A stretch of 32,000 nucleotides of DNA from the NCBI RefSeq assembly GCF_000940845.1, contig NZ_CP010341.1:450001-482000 (forward strand), in the 5' to 3' direction. Under the pieces are notes generated by a model. The model worked only from the letters and a program-made list of their open reading frames with translations, did not search any database and was not told the origin of the DNA. Positions 1-9,082 of this stretch are shown in pieces (position 1 is the first letter of the stretch; each line of letters starts with the position of its first letter). Made by a program: the position numbers and the translations under genes. The stretch is from Propionibacterium freudenreichii subsp. freudenreichii. Lineage in GTDB: Bacteria; Actinomycetota; Actinomycetes; Propionibacteriales; Propionibacteriaceae.

Positions 1-1535
1 CCAAGGTGGTGGGCCAGGCGCTCGCCGCCGACGCCTTCCGGCTGGCCAATACGCTGCCCAACTACATCCTGGTGCTGCTGTCCGGCGGCATCCTCAACGC
101 GGTGCTGCTGCCGCAGATCACCAAGGCGATGAAGCGCCCCGATGGGGGCAAGGACTTCGTGGACCGCCTGCTGACGGCCACCCTCACCCTGATCCTCGTG
201 GTGGCGGTGTTGTGCACCGCGGGCGCCGGGGTGTTGATGCGGGTCCTCTACCAACTTGAGGGCGCCGGCCTGCACCTGGGCATCGCCTTCGCCTATATCT
301 GCATGCCGCAGGTGCTGTTCTATGCGCTGTTCGCGGTGCTGGGCAATCTGCTCAACGCCCGCGGATCGTTCGGCGCCTTCGGCTGGGCCCCGGTGGTCAA
401 CAACGTGGTGGCCATCGGCGGCGAGATCGTCTTCCTGAGCCTGTGGGGCCAGCAGGCGGACCCGTCGGTGTGGAGCTCGCAGATGGTGTGGACGCTGGCG
501 GGCAGCGCCACCCTGGGCATCATCGCCCAGACGCTCGTGCTGCTGCCGGTGCTGAAGAAGATCGGCTTCCGCTACACGCCCCGCTTCGGACTGCGCGGCT
601 ACGGCTTCGGTCAGGTGGGACGCTTCGCGGCGCTCACCTTCATCGCCCTGTGCATCGCCCAGGCCGGCGGCATCTACATCGCCAATGTGGCCTCGGGCAT
701 GATGTACCGCGCCCCGCAGGGCACGACGGTGGCCGGCTATGCGGCCTATCAGAACGCGATGACGCTGTTCCAGATGCCCTATTCGCTGATCGGCTTCTCG
801 ATCCTCACCGCCCTGTTCCCGCAACTGGCCAGGGCCTGGCAACGTCGGGCGAGCGCGGGGCTGGGCGACGCCCGCGACCTGGTCTACCGGGGGCTCACCC
901 TGCCGGCGGTCGGCATCATCCCGGTCGCCTTCCTGCTCATGGCGCTGGCCCGGCCCATCGTGCGCGGCATCTACTGGGGCATCTCACCGGCGCAGGCGTC
1001 GGTCACCGCCCCGCTGCTCATGTTGATGGCGGCGGCCCTGCTGCCGTTCACGATCGTCACTTTCCAGCAGCAGTTCTGCTTCGCGCTGGAGCGCGGCTTC
1101 ACGAACCTGTGGATGCAGTGCCTGGTCACGGCCGTGCAGGTGGGCTTCGGGTTCGCCGCACAACGCCTCGACCCGGCCCACGGCGTCGAGATCATCTGCC
1201 TGGGCATGATCGCCGGCAACTCGGTGCTCGCGATCGTCTTCGTGCTCTATGCCCGCCGCGAGATGGAGGGCATCGGCCTGGCGCGGATGATCTGGCTCTA
1301 CCTGCGGCTGGCAGTGGCCTCGTTGCTGGGCGCCACGCCCGCCTACCTGGTGGGACGCGTGGTCGTCGCCTCGCAGGCCGATTCGTTGATCTCACAGTTC
1401 GGCGCGATGGCGCTGGGTGCGGTGGTGTTCATCATCGGTTTCCTGATCGGCGTGAAGCTGCTTGCCATCGACGAATTCCGGGCCTTCCTGCGGCCGATCC
1501 TGCGGCGCCTGCACCTGGTGCGCAGCGCCGAATAG
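1..1535 (+). CDS. murJ: Lipid II flippase MurJ/MviN (about 510 C-terminal codons; 5' end outside window)
   Basis: The frame is open to the window edge (track ORF 6..1535). It encodes a polytopic membrane protein with the MurJ-like stretch FRLANTLPNYILVLLSGGILNAVLLPQITKA and many hydrophobic helices. Third-position G+C is strong. Confidence 0.85.
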   Translation, partial: KVVGQALAADAFRLANTLPNYILVLLSGGILNAVLLPQITKAMKRPDGGKDFVDRLLTATLTLILVVAVLCTAGAGVLMRVLYQLEGAGLHLGIAFAYICMPQVLFYALFAVLGNLLNARGSFGAFGWAPVVNNVVAIGGEIVFLSLWGQQADPSVWSSQMVWTLAGSATLGIIAQTLVLLPVLKKIGFRYTPRFGLRGYGFGQVGRFAALTFIALCIAQAGGIYIANVASGMMYRAPQGTTVAGYAAYQNAMTLFQMPYSLIGFSILTALFPQLARAWQRRASAGLGDARDLVYRGLTLPAVGIIPVAFLLMALARPIVRGIYWGISPAQASVTAPLLMLMAAALLPFTIVTFQQQFCFALERGFTNLWMQCLVTAVQVGFGFAAQRLDPAHGVEIICLGMIAGNSVLAIVFVLYARREMEGIGLARMIWLYLRLAVASLLGATPAYLVGRVVVASQADSLISQFGAMALGAVVFIIGFLIGVKLLAIDEFRAFLRPILRRLHLVRSAE

Positions 1536-1598
1536 GCCCTCGACGACCCGCCGGGGTGCCGCCTCCCAGCGTCTGCCCGCCGTGGCAGGTGGGGCACA

Positions 1599-3674
1599 AT
1601 GAACAAAGTGTCCTTCCTTCGGCGTCTCGGTAATTGGCTCACCAGCCCCCGTGTGCTGGCCCTGCTCATCGGCGTCGGCGGCATCATCAATGTGGTGGGG
1701 GTGATCGCCGCACCCCATGGTTCGCGGCGCATGCGCATGGTGCTCGACGTCTTCTCTCCCACCGTGGTGGGCCTGGCGTCGGTGGCCACGGCAATCGTCG
1801 GCCTGGTGCTCATTGCGCTGAGCACCGGCCTGAAGCACCGCAAGCGCGTCGCCTGGTGGCTGGCCGTCGCGATGGTCGTGATGACGGTGCTGCTGCACGT
1901 GGTGAAGGGCTTCGACTTCGAGCAGTCCATCGCCGGGCTGGTGGTGCTCGCGCTCCTGGTGGCCGGGCACCGCCACTTCACCGGCATCCCCGACCCGCGG
2001 TCGCGACGCAGCATCTGGACCACCGTGATCCTGGCGCCCCTGGCCGGCATCACCCTGGGCACCGTGCTGCTGACCGCCACGGCACGCACCCAGGCCCATG
2101 ACACCACGCTGGTCGACCGCATCGTCGAGACAGTCGTCGGCATGGTCGGCATCTCCGGGCCGGTGGTGTTCATCCGTCCGCACTGGGACGACCGCTGGTT
2201 CTTCGCGATGCTCATGATCGGCGTCTTCGTGATCATCACGATCCTGGTGGCGCTGTTGCGCAGCCCCAACGGGCCCCACTCGCTGCATCCCGACGAGGAG
2301 AACGAGCTGCGGTCGATCCTGCCGATGAACCCCCGCATCGGCTCCCTGGACTATTTCGCGACGCGCCGCGACCGTGGCGTGATGGTGGGGGCGTCGCGCC
2401 GGGCCGCGATCAGCTACCGCGTGGTGGGCGGTGTGAGCCTGGCCGGGGGCGATCCCCTCGGTGAGCCCGGGCAGTGGGGGGAAGTCGTCGACGCCTGGAT
2501 CGCCGAGGCCAACCGCTACGGCTGGTTGCCCGCCGTGCTGGCCTGCGGTGAGGAGGCCGGCCGCCTGTTCGCCGACCGTGGCATGGAGGTGCTGCACCTG
2601 GGCGATGAGGCCATCATCGACGTGGCCGACTTCAGCCTGGCCGGACGCGTGATGAAGCCGGTGCGCAATACCGTCAACCATGCCAAGCGGGACGGCGTGG
2701 TGGTCGATTGCCTGCGCGCCAAGGACCTGTCCGCCCTCGAGGTGGCCGAGGTGCGCACCCGCGCCGATGAGTGGCGCGACGGCCCCGTGGAGCGTGGCTT
2801 CTCGATGGCGTTGGGACGCTTCGGCGACCCGGCCGACGGCGAATGCGTGCTGGTGCGGGCGCGGGTGGACGGCCAGATCGTCGGCCTGCTCTACATGGTG
2901 CCCTGGGGCAAGGACGGCCTGTCGCTCGACCTGATGCGACGCAGCCCGCAGGCGCCCAATGGCGTGGTCGAGTCGATGGTCACCGGCCTGGTCGACTGGG
3001 GCCGCGACAACCACCTCGCACATATTTCGCTGAATTTTGCCGTGCTGCGCGATATCTTCCAGCGCGGGGAGGAGTTGGGCGCAGATCCGGTGACGAAGGT
3101 GGCCTACAACGTGCTGATGTTCCTGTCGCGCTTCCTGCAGCTCGACAGCCTGTATCGCTCGAATGTGAAGTACCAGCCGCGCTGGCAGCCCCGCTACATC
3201 TGCTACGAGCCGGGCTCGCTCATCGAGGTGGCCGTGGCCTGCCTGCGGGCCGAGGCGTTCCTCACCCTGCCGAGCTTCGGACGTCGGCGCCGCCAGAGCC
3301 GCAAGTGGACCGAATTGGAGGCCACCGAGCAGTACGCGCGCCGTGAAGCCGGTGCACGGGACGGTCAGGACGACGACAGCGACGACAGGGTCAGCAGCAA
3401 GGATGCGACGCGGGCCGTGGGCAAGGACCTGCCGGGTGTCGCCGCCGCCGAGGCCGTCACCAAGGGCGATGGAACGCCTGTGGGGAGCAAGGACGAGCTG
3501 CAGGGCGAAGCGGCAAAGGCCGCGGACGGCGAGGCCGGGAACGAGTCAGGCCCAGGCAAGGCGGGGGACAAGGCCGTGGGGGACAAGGCGGCCGAAAAGG
3601 GCGCCGCCGCTGGCGGCAATCCAGAGGCGAGCAGCAGCGAAGATCGCGGTCCGAGCGGTCCGAAGGCCGACTAG
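1599..3674 (+). CDS. Membrane protein with aminoacyl-phosphatidylglycerol synthase C-terminal domain (MprF/LysX-type DUF2156), no LysRS module
   Basis: N-terminal TM helices are followed by DUF2156/LPG_synthase_C-like blocks (LDYFATRRDR, GGDPLG, ERGFSMALGR, LSLDLMRR, ISLNFA, YRSNVKYQPRWQPRY). The last ~130 aa are low-complexity (D/K/A/G-rich). The TAG stop shares a CTAG tetranucleotide with the convergent gene 3671..4096. Confidence 0.75.
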   Translation: MNKVSFLRRLGNWLTSPRVLALLIGVGGIINVVGVIAAPHGSRRMRMVLDVFSPTVVGLASVATAIVGLVLIALSTGLKHRKRVAWWLAVAMVVMTVLLHVVKGFDFEQSIAGLVVLALLVAGHRHFTGIPDPRSRRSIWTTVILAPLAGITLGTVLLTATARTQAHDTTLVDRIVETVVGMVGISGPVVFIRPHWDDRWFFAMLMIGVFVIITILVALLRSPNGPHSLHPDEENELRSILPMNPRIGSLDYFATRRDRGVMVGASRRAAISYRVVGGVSLAGGDPLGEPGQWGEVVDAWIAEANRYGWLPAVLACGEEAGRLFADRGMEVLHLGDEAIIDVADFSLAGRVMKPVRNTVNHAKRDGVVVDCLRAKDLSALEVAEVRTRADEWRDGPVERGFSMALGRFGDPADGECVLVRARVDGQIVGLLYMVPWGKDGLSLDLMRRSPQAPNGVVESMVTGLVDWGRDNHLAHISLNFAVLRDIFQRGEELGADPVTKVAYNVLMFLSRFLQLDSLYRSNVKYQPRWQPRYICYEPGSLIEVAVACLRAEAFLTLPSFGRRRRQSRKWTELEATEQYARREAGARDGQDDDSDDRVSSKDATRAVGKDLPGVAAAEAVTKGDGTPVGSKDELQGEAAKAADGEAGNESGPGKAGDKAVGDKAAEKGAAAGGNPEASSSEDRGPSGPKAD

Positions 3675-4096
3675 GCGGCGCGCGCCGCGCGGCGGCGCTT
3701 GATCACCCGGCGCAGGGTCCAGGAACCCAGGGCCAACGCCGAGGGCACCTCGATGAGTGCGGCCATGCCGATGGCACGATCACGATCGGGGCCGGGCTTG
3801 GCAATGCTGACGTCCAGTGCCGCGTCGCCGACCACCAGGGCGGTGCCGGCCAGCGCCCACACATGCGAATAGCTGGGCCGCCAGGCGGCCGTCACCGACA
3901 GGCCCGCCAGCGTCGCCACTTCGGCGGTGTCGATGGCCAGCCATTTGTTGAGGTCGTCGCGCTTGACGCCCCCGATTTCGGGGATGAAGCGCATGACGGC
4001 GATCCAGCCGCCGAGGATGACGGCAGCGGCGCCTGCCGCGGTGCTGACAAATCGCATTCCCACAATCATGAGAGTAGGCCGACCAGCAGCGCGCAT
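3671..4096 (-). CDS. Hypothetical small membrane protein (about 4 hydrophobic segments)
   Basis: Third-position G+C is high and the protein has hydrophobic segments and a basic C-terminus (RRVIKRRRAARAA). No family recognised. The start is uncertain (ATG 4096, or in-frame ATGs at 4069/4057). Confidence 0.5.
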   Translation of the reverse strand: MRAAGRPTLMIVGMRFVSTAAGAAAVILGGWIAVMRFIPEIGGVKRDDLNKWLAIDTAEVATLAGLSVTAAWRPSYSHVWALAGTALVVGDAALDVSIAKPGPDRDRAIGMAALIEVPSALALGSWTLRRVIKRRRAARAA

Positions 4097-4222
4097 CCAA
4101 GGTGTTCACGATGAGTTTCCTGTGTGGACGCCCGATCGGCCATCGGGGTCTGCCGGGGGGCCGCTCCGGGGTCGGACCAGCACATGGACCAGCGCCCGCA
4201 GACGTTCGGCGATGACCAGCGG

Positions 4223-5188
4223 TCAGGCGGTGTCGGGCGGCGGGTCGGTGCGGGTGGGACCAGCGGCCAGCAGCTCATCGACCTCGGCGGCGGTCGGCGG
4301 ATCGGCCCCCACCCGCGTGCAGACGATGCTGGCCGCGGCGCATCCACGCAGTAGGGCGGCGGTGAGGTCGGCGTCGCGCAGCCAGCCCTGCAGGAAGCCG
4401 GCGGTGAAGGTGTCACCGGCGCCCACGGTGTCGACCACGGCGGCCGGGAACCCCGGCACGCGCACCGTCTCGCGGCCCACGCCGGTGGCCAGGGCACCGT
4501 GTGCGCCGAGGGTGACCACGAGCAGGTCCATGCCGTAGCGCTCCACCGCGGCGCGGGCCAGGTCGTCGATCTCGCCGTGGCCGCCGGCCAGCCACAGCAG
4601 GTCCTCGTCGGAGGCCCGCACGACGCCCCCGCGTTGGCTCACCACCTGCACGAAGGGATCGATGAGCGCCAGATAGGCGTCCGGATCGGGTTCGACGGTG
4701 GGGCGCACGTTCAGGTCGTACGACAGGTGGGCGGGCGTGGTGCGCACGAAATCCAATAGCGCCGAGCGGCCGGGTTCCACGGTGGCGACCAGGGATCCGG
4801 TGTGCAGCCAGTCGTCGGCATCCAGCTGCGGGAACTCCTCGGGCTTCCACCCGAAGTTGGCCGTGCCGCGCAGGTGGAACACATAGCGGGCAGCGCCCGA
4901 GGAGTCCACCGAGACCACCGACAACGACGTTGACCCGGCGAGCGTCTGCACGCCCAGCGAATCGTCCACGCCATTGGCCCGCAGGTGGCTGCGCAGCTGG
5001 GCGCCGAAGCCGTCGATGCCGAAGCGTCCCAGGAAGCGGGTGGGCATTCCGAGGCGGGACAGTGCCACCGCCGTGTTCAGGGGTCCGCCGGCCGAGTGCG
5101 CCTGCCAGTACGACGACTGCGTGGTGCCGGCGCGCGAATTGTCCGGGATGAGGTCGATCAACGCCTCGCCGCATACGACTACTGCCAT
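4223..5188 (-). CDS. PfkB-family carbohydrate kinase (fructokinase-like)
   Basis: The N-terminus VVCGEALIDLIP and the PfkB signature DTVGAGDTF are present. The track ORF (to 5284) was trimmed to ATG 5188 (MAVVVCGEAL), which matches normal family N-termini. Confidence 0.85.
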   Translation of the reverse strand: MAVVVCGEALIDLIPDNSRAGTTQSSYWQAHSAGGPLNTAVALSRLGMPTRFLGRFGIDGFGAQLRSHLRANGVDDSLGVQTLAGSTSLSVVSVDSSGAARYVFHLRGTANFGWKPEEFPQLDADDWLHTGSLVATVEPGRSALLDFVRTTPAHLSYDLNVRPTVEPDPDAYLALIDPFVQVVSQRGGVVRASDEDLLWLAGGHGEIDDLARAAVERYGMDLLVVTLGAHGALATGVGRETVRVPGFPAAVVDTVGAGDTFTAGFLQGWLRDADLTAALLRGCAAASIVCTRVGADPPTAAEVDELLAAGPTRTDPPPDTA

Positions 5189-5267
5189 GGTGCACCAGCC
5201 TAGGTGAGGGCCGCGGCCTGCTTGGGTGTACGTGGTGTACCCGGTGCACACAGCGCCCCCACTGGGT

Positions 5268-5309
5268 GGGCGGTTGTGCGGCAATGACGCCGCACAGGTG
5301 TCCTGTTAG
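5268..5309. repeat. Palindromic dispersed element, copy 1 (hairpin TTGTGCGGC-aatgac-GCCGCACA)
   Basis: The sequence gggcggttgtgcggcaatgacgccgcacaggtgtcctgttag aligns by hand with copies at 31491..31532 and 31798..31845. The central loop is the reverse complement of the loop in the other two copies. It lies in the divergent pfkB/permease intergenic region. Confidence 0.7.
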
Positions 5310-5430
5310 CGGTCACATCAGCGCGTCCGCCAGCCCCCGACGCCACCACCATGGGACGCGTACGACACACATGCCTGAGGCCCACTACGATTCCCCGTGG
5401 TCGGTACGGCACCGGCCGGGGAAGGAACAC

Positions 5431-6909
5431 GTGGCCAGGTCGGATCAGGAAGTCAATACCCGGATGGCCGATCGGCAGACCACTCGTCTGCAGCGCACGC
5501 TGAGCCGCTTCGACATCGTCTTCCTCATCGTGTCGGCCGTGGTCGGCCTGGAGATGCTCGGCTCGGTCAGCGCCGAGGGTCCGCAGACCTTCACCTGGCT
5601 GGTCGTGCTCATCGTGATCTTCGTGATCCCCTATGCGCTGATCTTCGCCGAGACCGGCTCGGCCTTCACCGGCGAGGGCGGCGTCTACCTGTGGGTGCGT
5701 CGCGCGTTCGGACGCCCGGTGGCCGCCGTGGCATCAGCCTTCACCTGGATCACCCAGCCCGTGTGGGTGGGCGGTTCGATGGCCTTCCTCAACGCCGAGG
5801 CGGCCCGCAACCACCTGGTGCACTTCGCGGAGGGTTCGCCGGCCGACTATGCGTTCAAGCTGTGCTTCATCTGGATCACGGTGCTGGCGGCGATCCTCTC
5901 GCTGGCGAAGGCCAAGTGGATCCCCACCGTGGGTGCGATCCTCAAGCTCACCTTCATCAGTTTCTTCGTGATCACCGCCATCATCTACGGCGCCACGAAC
6001 GGCATCCAGCAGATCACGCTCGGCTCGTTCTCACCCACCCGCGCCGGATTCATCACGCTGGTGCCGCTGCTGATCTTCGCCTTCCTGGGTTTCGAGGGGT
6101 CATCGAGCGCGTCGGGTGAGATGAAGAACGCCCCGCATGACGTGGCTGTCTCGGTGATGCGGTCCTCGGCCATGGCCGGCTTCTTCTACCTGGTGCCGGT
6201 GTTCGCGATCATCCTGGTGGTGCCGCCCAGCTCCATCGACGGGGTGTCGGGCCTGCTCAATGCCGTGGCCACCGTGTTCTCGGTGTACGGGCCGGCCGCC
6301 AAGCCGATGATGGTGCTTGCCGTGGTGATGTTCACGCTGGCCAATATCGGCCAGGGTGCCGCATGGATGATCATGAGCGACCGCATGCAGGCCATGGCTG
6401 CGGCCGATGGTTCCTTCTTCGGCGGTTTCTTCGGACGCTTCAGCCCGCGCCTGGGCACCCCGATCCGCGTCAACCTGCTGTCGGGCACCGTGTCCACCGT
6501 GTTCATGCTGGCGGCGATGCAGCTCACCGGCTCGTCGGCGGCACTGTTCGACGTGGTGCTGGGCGTGGCGATCACCACCTACTTGTTCAGCTATTTGTTG
6601 ATCATCCCGGCCGCGATGCGGCTGCGCCTGCACGAACCCGATGTGGTGCGTCCGTTCAGGGCGGGGCCCAACTGGTTCTTCGTCACCATGTGCGTGGTCA
6701 CCACGGCCCTGGTGGCCTTCGGATCGTGGGCGTCGATCTTCCCGGGCACCCTCGAGCGGCTGTTCGGCCTGCCCTATGACTTCTCGCAGGCCTCGGGCGT
6801 GTCCTATGGGGCCTTCGAGGCGCTGACGCTGGGCACGCTGGCCTTCATCATCATCTTGTCGCTGGTGGGTTACTGGCGCGGACGCCCGGTGCGCCAGGGC
6901 CTGCGCTGA
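5431..6909 (+). CDS. APC-superfamily amino acid permease
   Basis: About 12 TM helices with APC-like N-terminal blocks (LSRFDIVFLIVSAVVG, IFAETGSAFTGEGGVYLWV). The start is set at GTG 5431, preceded by GAAGGA. ATG 5464 (MADRQTT) is an alternative, and the track start 5266 is probably too long. Confidence 0.8.
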   Translation: MARSDQEVNTRMADRQTTRLQRTLSRFDIVFLIVSAVVGLEMLGSVSAEGPQTFTWLVVLIVIFVIPYALIFAETGSAFTGEGGVYLWVRRAFGRPVAAVASAFTWITQPVWVGGSMAFLNAEAARNHLVHFAEGSPADYAFKLCFIWITVLAAILSLAKAKWIPTVGAILKLTFISFFVITAIIYGATNGIQQITLGSFSPTRAGFITLVPLLIFAFLGFEGSSSASGEMKNAPHDVAVSVMRSSAMAGFFYLVPVFAIILVVPPSSIDGVSGLLNAVATVFSVYGPAAKPMMVLAVVMFTLANIGQGAAWMIMSDRMQAMAAADGSFFGGFFGRFSPRLGTPIRVNLLSGTVSTVFMLAAMQLTGSSAALFDVVLGVAITTYLFSYLLIIPAAMRLRLHEPDVVRPFRAGPNWFFVTMCVVTTALVAFGSWASIFPGTLERLFGLPYDFSQASGVSYGAFEALTLGTLAFIIILSLVGYWRGRPVRQGLR

Positions 6910-6968
6910 GTCCGGGCGCGGCGCAGGCCGCAGCCGGGGGCGTGCGGCCAACGCGAAGCCGGGGAGCC

Positions 6969-7206
6969 TGACGCCCGGCGAAGTCCGGGCCAACGACGCC
7001 CACCCTGATGACGCCCGTGCCAATGACGCCCAGGCTGACGAAGCCCGGGACGATGACGCCCAGCCCGACGGAAGCCCAGCCCGGCGGGAGCCCAGCCCGA
7101 GGAAGCTCAGGCCGTCTGATCGCCCGCAGGCGGTTCCTGCGTGCCCGGTTCCTGCCGCTCTGAGTTCTGCCGGCCCGAGTTCTGCGTGCCCGAATTCTCG
7201 GCCGGG
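6969..7206. repeat. Two adjacent 15/16-bp-period tandem arrays straddling the stop codon of the MFS gene
   Basis: Array A is non-coding. The motif GA(C/A)GCCC recurs at 6998, 7013, 7028, 7043, 7058, 7074 and 7090. Array B is coding and has five 15-nt units at 7132..7206 (ggttcctgcgtgccc, ggttcctgccgctct, gagttctgccggccc, gagttctgcgtgccc, gaattctcggccggg), which encode the pentapeptide-periodic tail ENSGT-QNSGR-QNSER-QEPGT-QEPPA on the minus strand. Confidence 0.75.
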
Positions 7207-8858
7207 GGCATGTCCGGATCCCTGGGCCGCAGGTCGCCCATCGGGTGATCCTCGTCGTCGGGCATCCGGGGCACCCCGGCAATCGGGGCGTCGGCCGGGA
7301 GCTCGCGGCGCACCCGCGGCTCATCGGAGGTGAGTCGCAGTGCCGCGCGCAGGTTGGCGCGGTCGTGGCCGGTCATGCGCTGGGTCTCCTGCAGCAGGTA
7401 TTCGCCCCAGCTGGGCACCGAATAGCGTTCGAAGAACAGGCCGGGGTCCTCCAGCCGGTGCGTCAGCTCCCAGAAGTTGGCGCCGGTGCGCATCCGCGAC
7501 AGCCGCACCGCGTCCATTGCGGTGACGAAGGCCGGCGCCTTGTCGGGATGCACCCGATAGCTCACCTGGATCTCGATGGGTCCGGTGCGCGGGTCGACGC
7601 TGTTGGCCATCGACAGGTTGTGGGTGATCAGGTCGTGGCTGCGGTCGAGCTCGCCGGTGCGCGGCCGGATCGGCCAGAAGCGCACCGAAATCGGCACGAA
7701 CACCAACAGCAGGCCGCCGGCCACCAGGAAGGAGATTTGGGCCGTCCACAGGGTCGCGATGGTGCCCCACAGGGGTGAGCCGAGCGCCTGGCCGGCCATC
7801 ACGATGAGCAGGTAGATCGCCATGCCGCGGGCCCTCACCCAGGGCGCCAGGGTGAGCTGCAGCAGCGAGTTGAAGGTGGTGAAGTTGCACATCCATGCGA
7901 TGCCCGCGACGACCAGCGAGACGCCGACGCCCCAGCTGGGCAGCAGGGCGGCCCCGACCGTCCCTGCGCCGTAGGCGATGGAGGCGACCACCACGATCTT
8001 GTTGCTGCTGATGCGACGCCGCAGCCATGGCAGCACGAACACGCCGCTCAATGCGCCGACGCCCAGGCAGGCCAGCAGCACGCCGTAGCCACCCGAACCC
8101 ATGTGCAGGCGGCCATGGGCCTCCACCGGCAGCAGTGCCCAGATGGCCGACGCCGGCACGATGAACAGTGCCGTGCGCAACATGATGCGGTTCACATGGG
8201 GCGCGGCCTTCGTGTAGCGCATGCCCGAGAACAGTGCCGAACGGAAGGGTTCGCGGCGTCCCACCCGCTTGGCCGGACGCTTCCAGGTGAGCACCGCCAC
8301 CACCGACAGCACATAGGCCGCGGCGTTGACCGCGAAGACGGCCGAGGTGCCGGCCAGGGCCACCAGGAAACCGGCGAAGGCGGGCCCCAGCGCGCGGGCG
8401 GCGTTGATGGTCACCGAGCCCAGGGCGGTGGCCGCCGGGATCTGCTTCCTGGGCACCAGCGAGGGGATCACGGCCTGCCAGGTCGGGGCGTTGAGCGCCA
8501 TGCCACAGCCCAGCAGGAAGGTGCATGCCAGCAGCCCCACCGGGGTGAGCACGTGCAGGAATGACACCACCGCCAGCACGGTGCTTGCCCCGGCGGCGAT
8601 CAGGTTCGCGGCGAGCAGCACATGGCGACGGTCGTAGGAATCGGCCATCACCCCGGCCGGCAGCCCGAAGAGCAGGGAGGGCGCGGTGGTGGCGGTCTGC
8701 ACCAGGGTGATGAACACGGCGCTGGCGCCCACCTCCACCAGGAACCACTGCGCACCGACGGTCTGCATCCAGCCGCCGATGTTGGCGCCCAACTGGGCGA
8801 GCCACAGGATCAGATAGGCACGAATGCGGAAGGGGGCCCATGGGGACGACTTGGCCAT
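7107..8858 (-). CDS. MFS transporter (MFS_3 / enterobactin-exporter-like) with C-terminal soluble domain and repeat tail
   Basis: The N-terminus MAKSSPWAPFRIRAYLILWLAQLGANIGGWMQTVGAQWFLV is followed by ~12 TM helices. The ~190-aa C-terminal extension contains SVPSWGEYLLQETQRMTGHD, a block I recall from C-terminal extensions of MFS_3 proteins (from memory, unverified). The track ORF (to 9113) was trimmed to ATG 8858. Confidence 0.8.
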   Translation of the reverse strand: MAKSSPWAPFRIRAYLILWLAQLGANIGGWMQTVGAQWFLVEVGASAVFITLVQTATTAPSLLFGLPAGVMADSYDRRHVLLAANLIAAGASTVLAVVSFLHVLTPVGLLACTFLLGCGMALNAPTWQAVIPSLVPRKQIPAATALGSVTINAARALGPAFAGFLVALAGTSAVFAVNAAAYVLSVVAVLTWKRPAKRVGRREPFRSALFSGMRYTKAAPHVNRIMLRTALFIVPASAIWALLPVEAHGRLHMGSGGYGVLLACLGVGALSGVFVLPWLRRRISSNKIVVVASIAYGAGTVGAALLPSWGVGVSLVVAGIAWMCNFTTFNSLLQLTLAPWVRARGMAIYLLIVMAGQALGSPLWGTIATLWTAQISFLVAGGLLLVFVPISVRFWPIRPRTGELDRSHDLITHNLSMANSVDPRTGPIEIQVSYRVHPDKAPAFVTAMDAVRLSRMRTGANFWELTHRLEDPGLFFERYSVPSWGEYLLQETQRMTGHDRANLRAALRLTSDEPRVRRELPADAPIAGVPRMPDDEDHPMGDLRPRDPDMPPAENSGTQNSGRQNSERQEPGTQEPPAGDQTA

Positions 8859-9082
8859 GCCGCTGCTCACCGCCTTCTGTTCTGATGTGGGGACTGCTGT
8901 GATGTGTTCCGGTGCTGTGGTGCGCCCCCAGCACTCTATCCGGCCCCACTGACGTGGACCGGTGCGCTGGGGTGGCCCACCCATCCGTCCACCGACCCGC
9001 CGACCGGCGCCGTCGCCGTGGCGACAAGCCGCACCGCTGACATCGTCGTCACAAGCTGCCCGGATAGAGTCGGGGTGGAAAT

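Noticed and set aside
1392-3023. A 543-aa minus-strand ORF, together with many other long alternative-frame or antisense ORFs in the track (e.g. 443..1633, 1343..2338, 6100..7023, 7321..9027, 11805..13022, 12820..14031, 13484..14971, 14910..15803, 16046..16792, 16494..17522, 23648..24952).
   Set aside because: They overlap genes with clear family signatures. Their products are Arg/Pro/Gly/His/Ala-rich with no motifs. Such ORFs are the expected stop-codon-poor shadows in high-G+C DNA.
3671-3674. Convergent genes share the tetranucleotide CTAG as overlapping TAG stop codons.
   Set aside because: It is real but trivial, a common consequence of tight convergent packing, with no functional implication I can support.
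4223-5284. N-terminal extensions offered by the ORF track for several genes (4223..5284, 5266..6909, 7107..9113, 9879..10673, 14784..16379, 16389..17711, 23365..24456, 24146..25537, 25874..26212, 30698..31456).
   Set aside because: In each case an internal start with an SD and/or agreement with family N-termini is more plausible. The extensions are Arg/Pro-rich or overlap the neighbouring gene.
6969-7206. The tandem array considered as a CRISPR-like locus.
   Set aside because: The period is 15-16 bp with no unique spacers, and part of it is coding. It is a minisatellite, not a CRISPR array. No CRISPR array exists elsewhere in the window.
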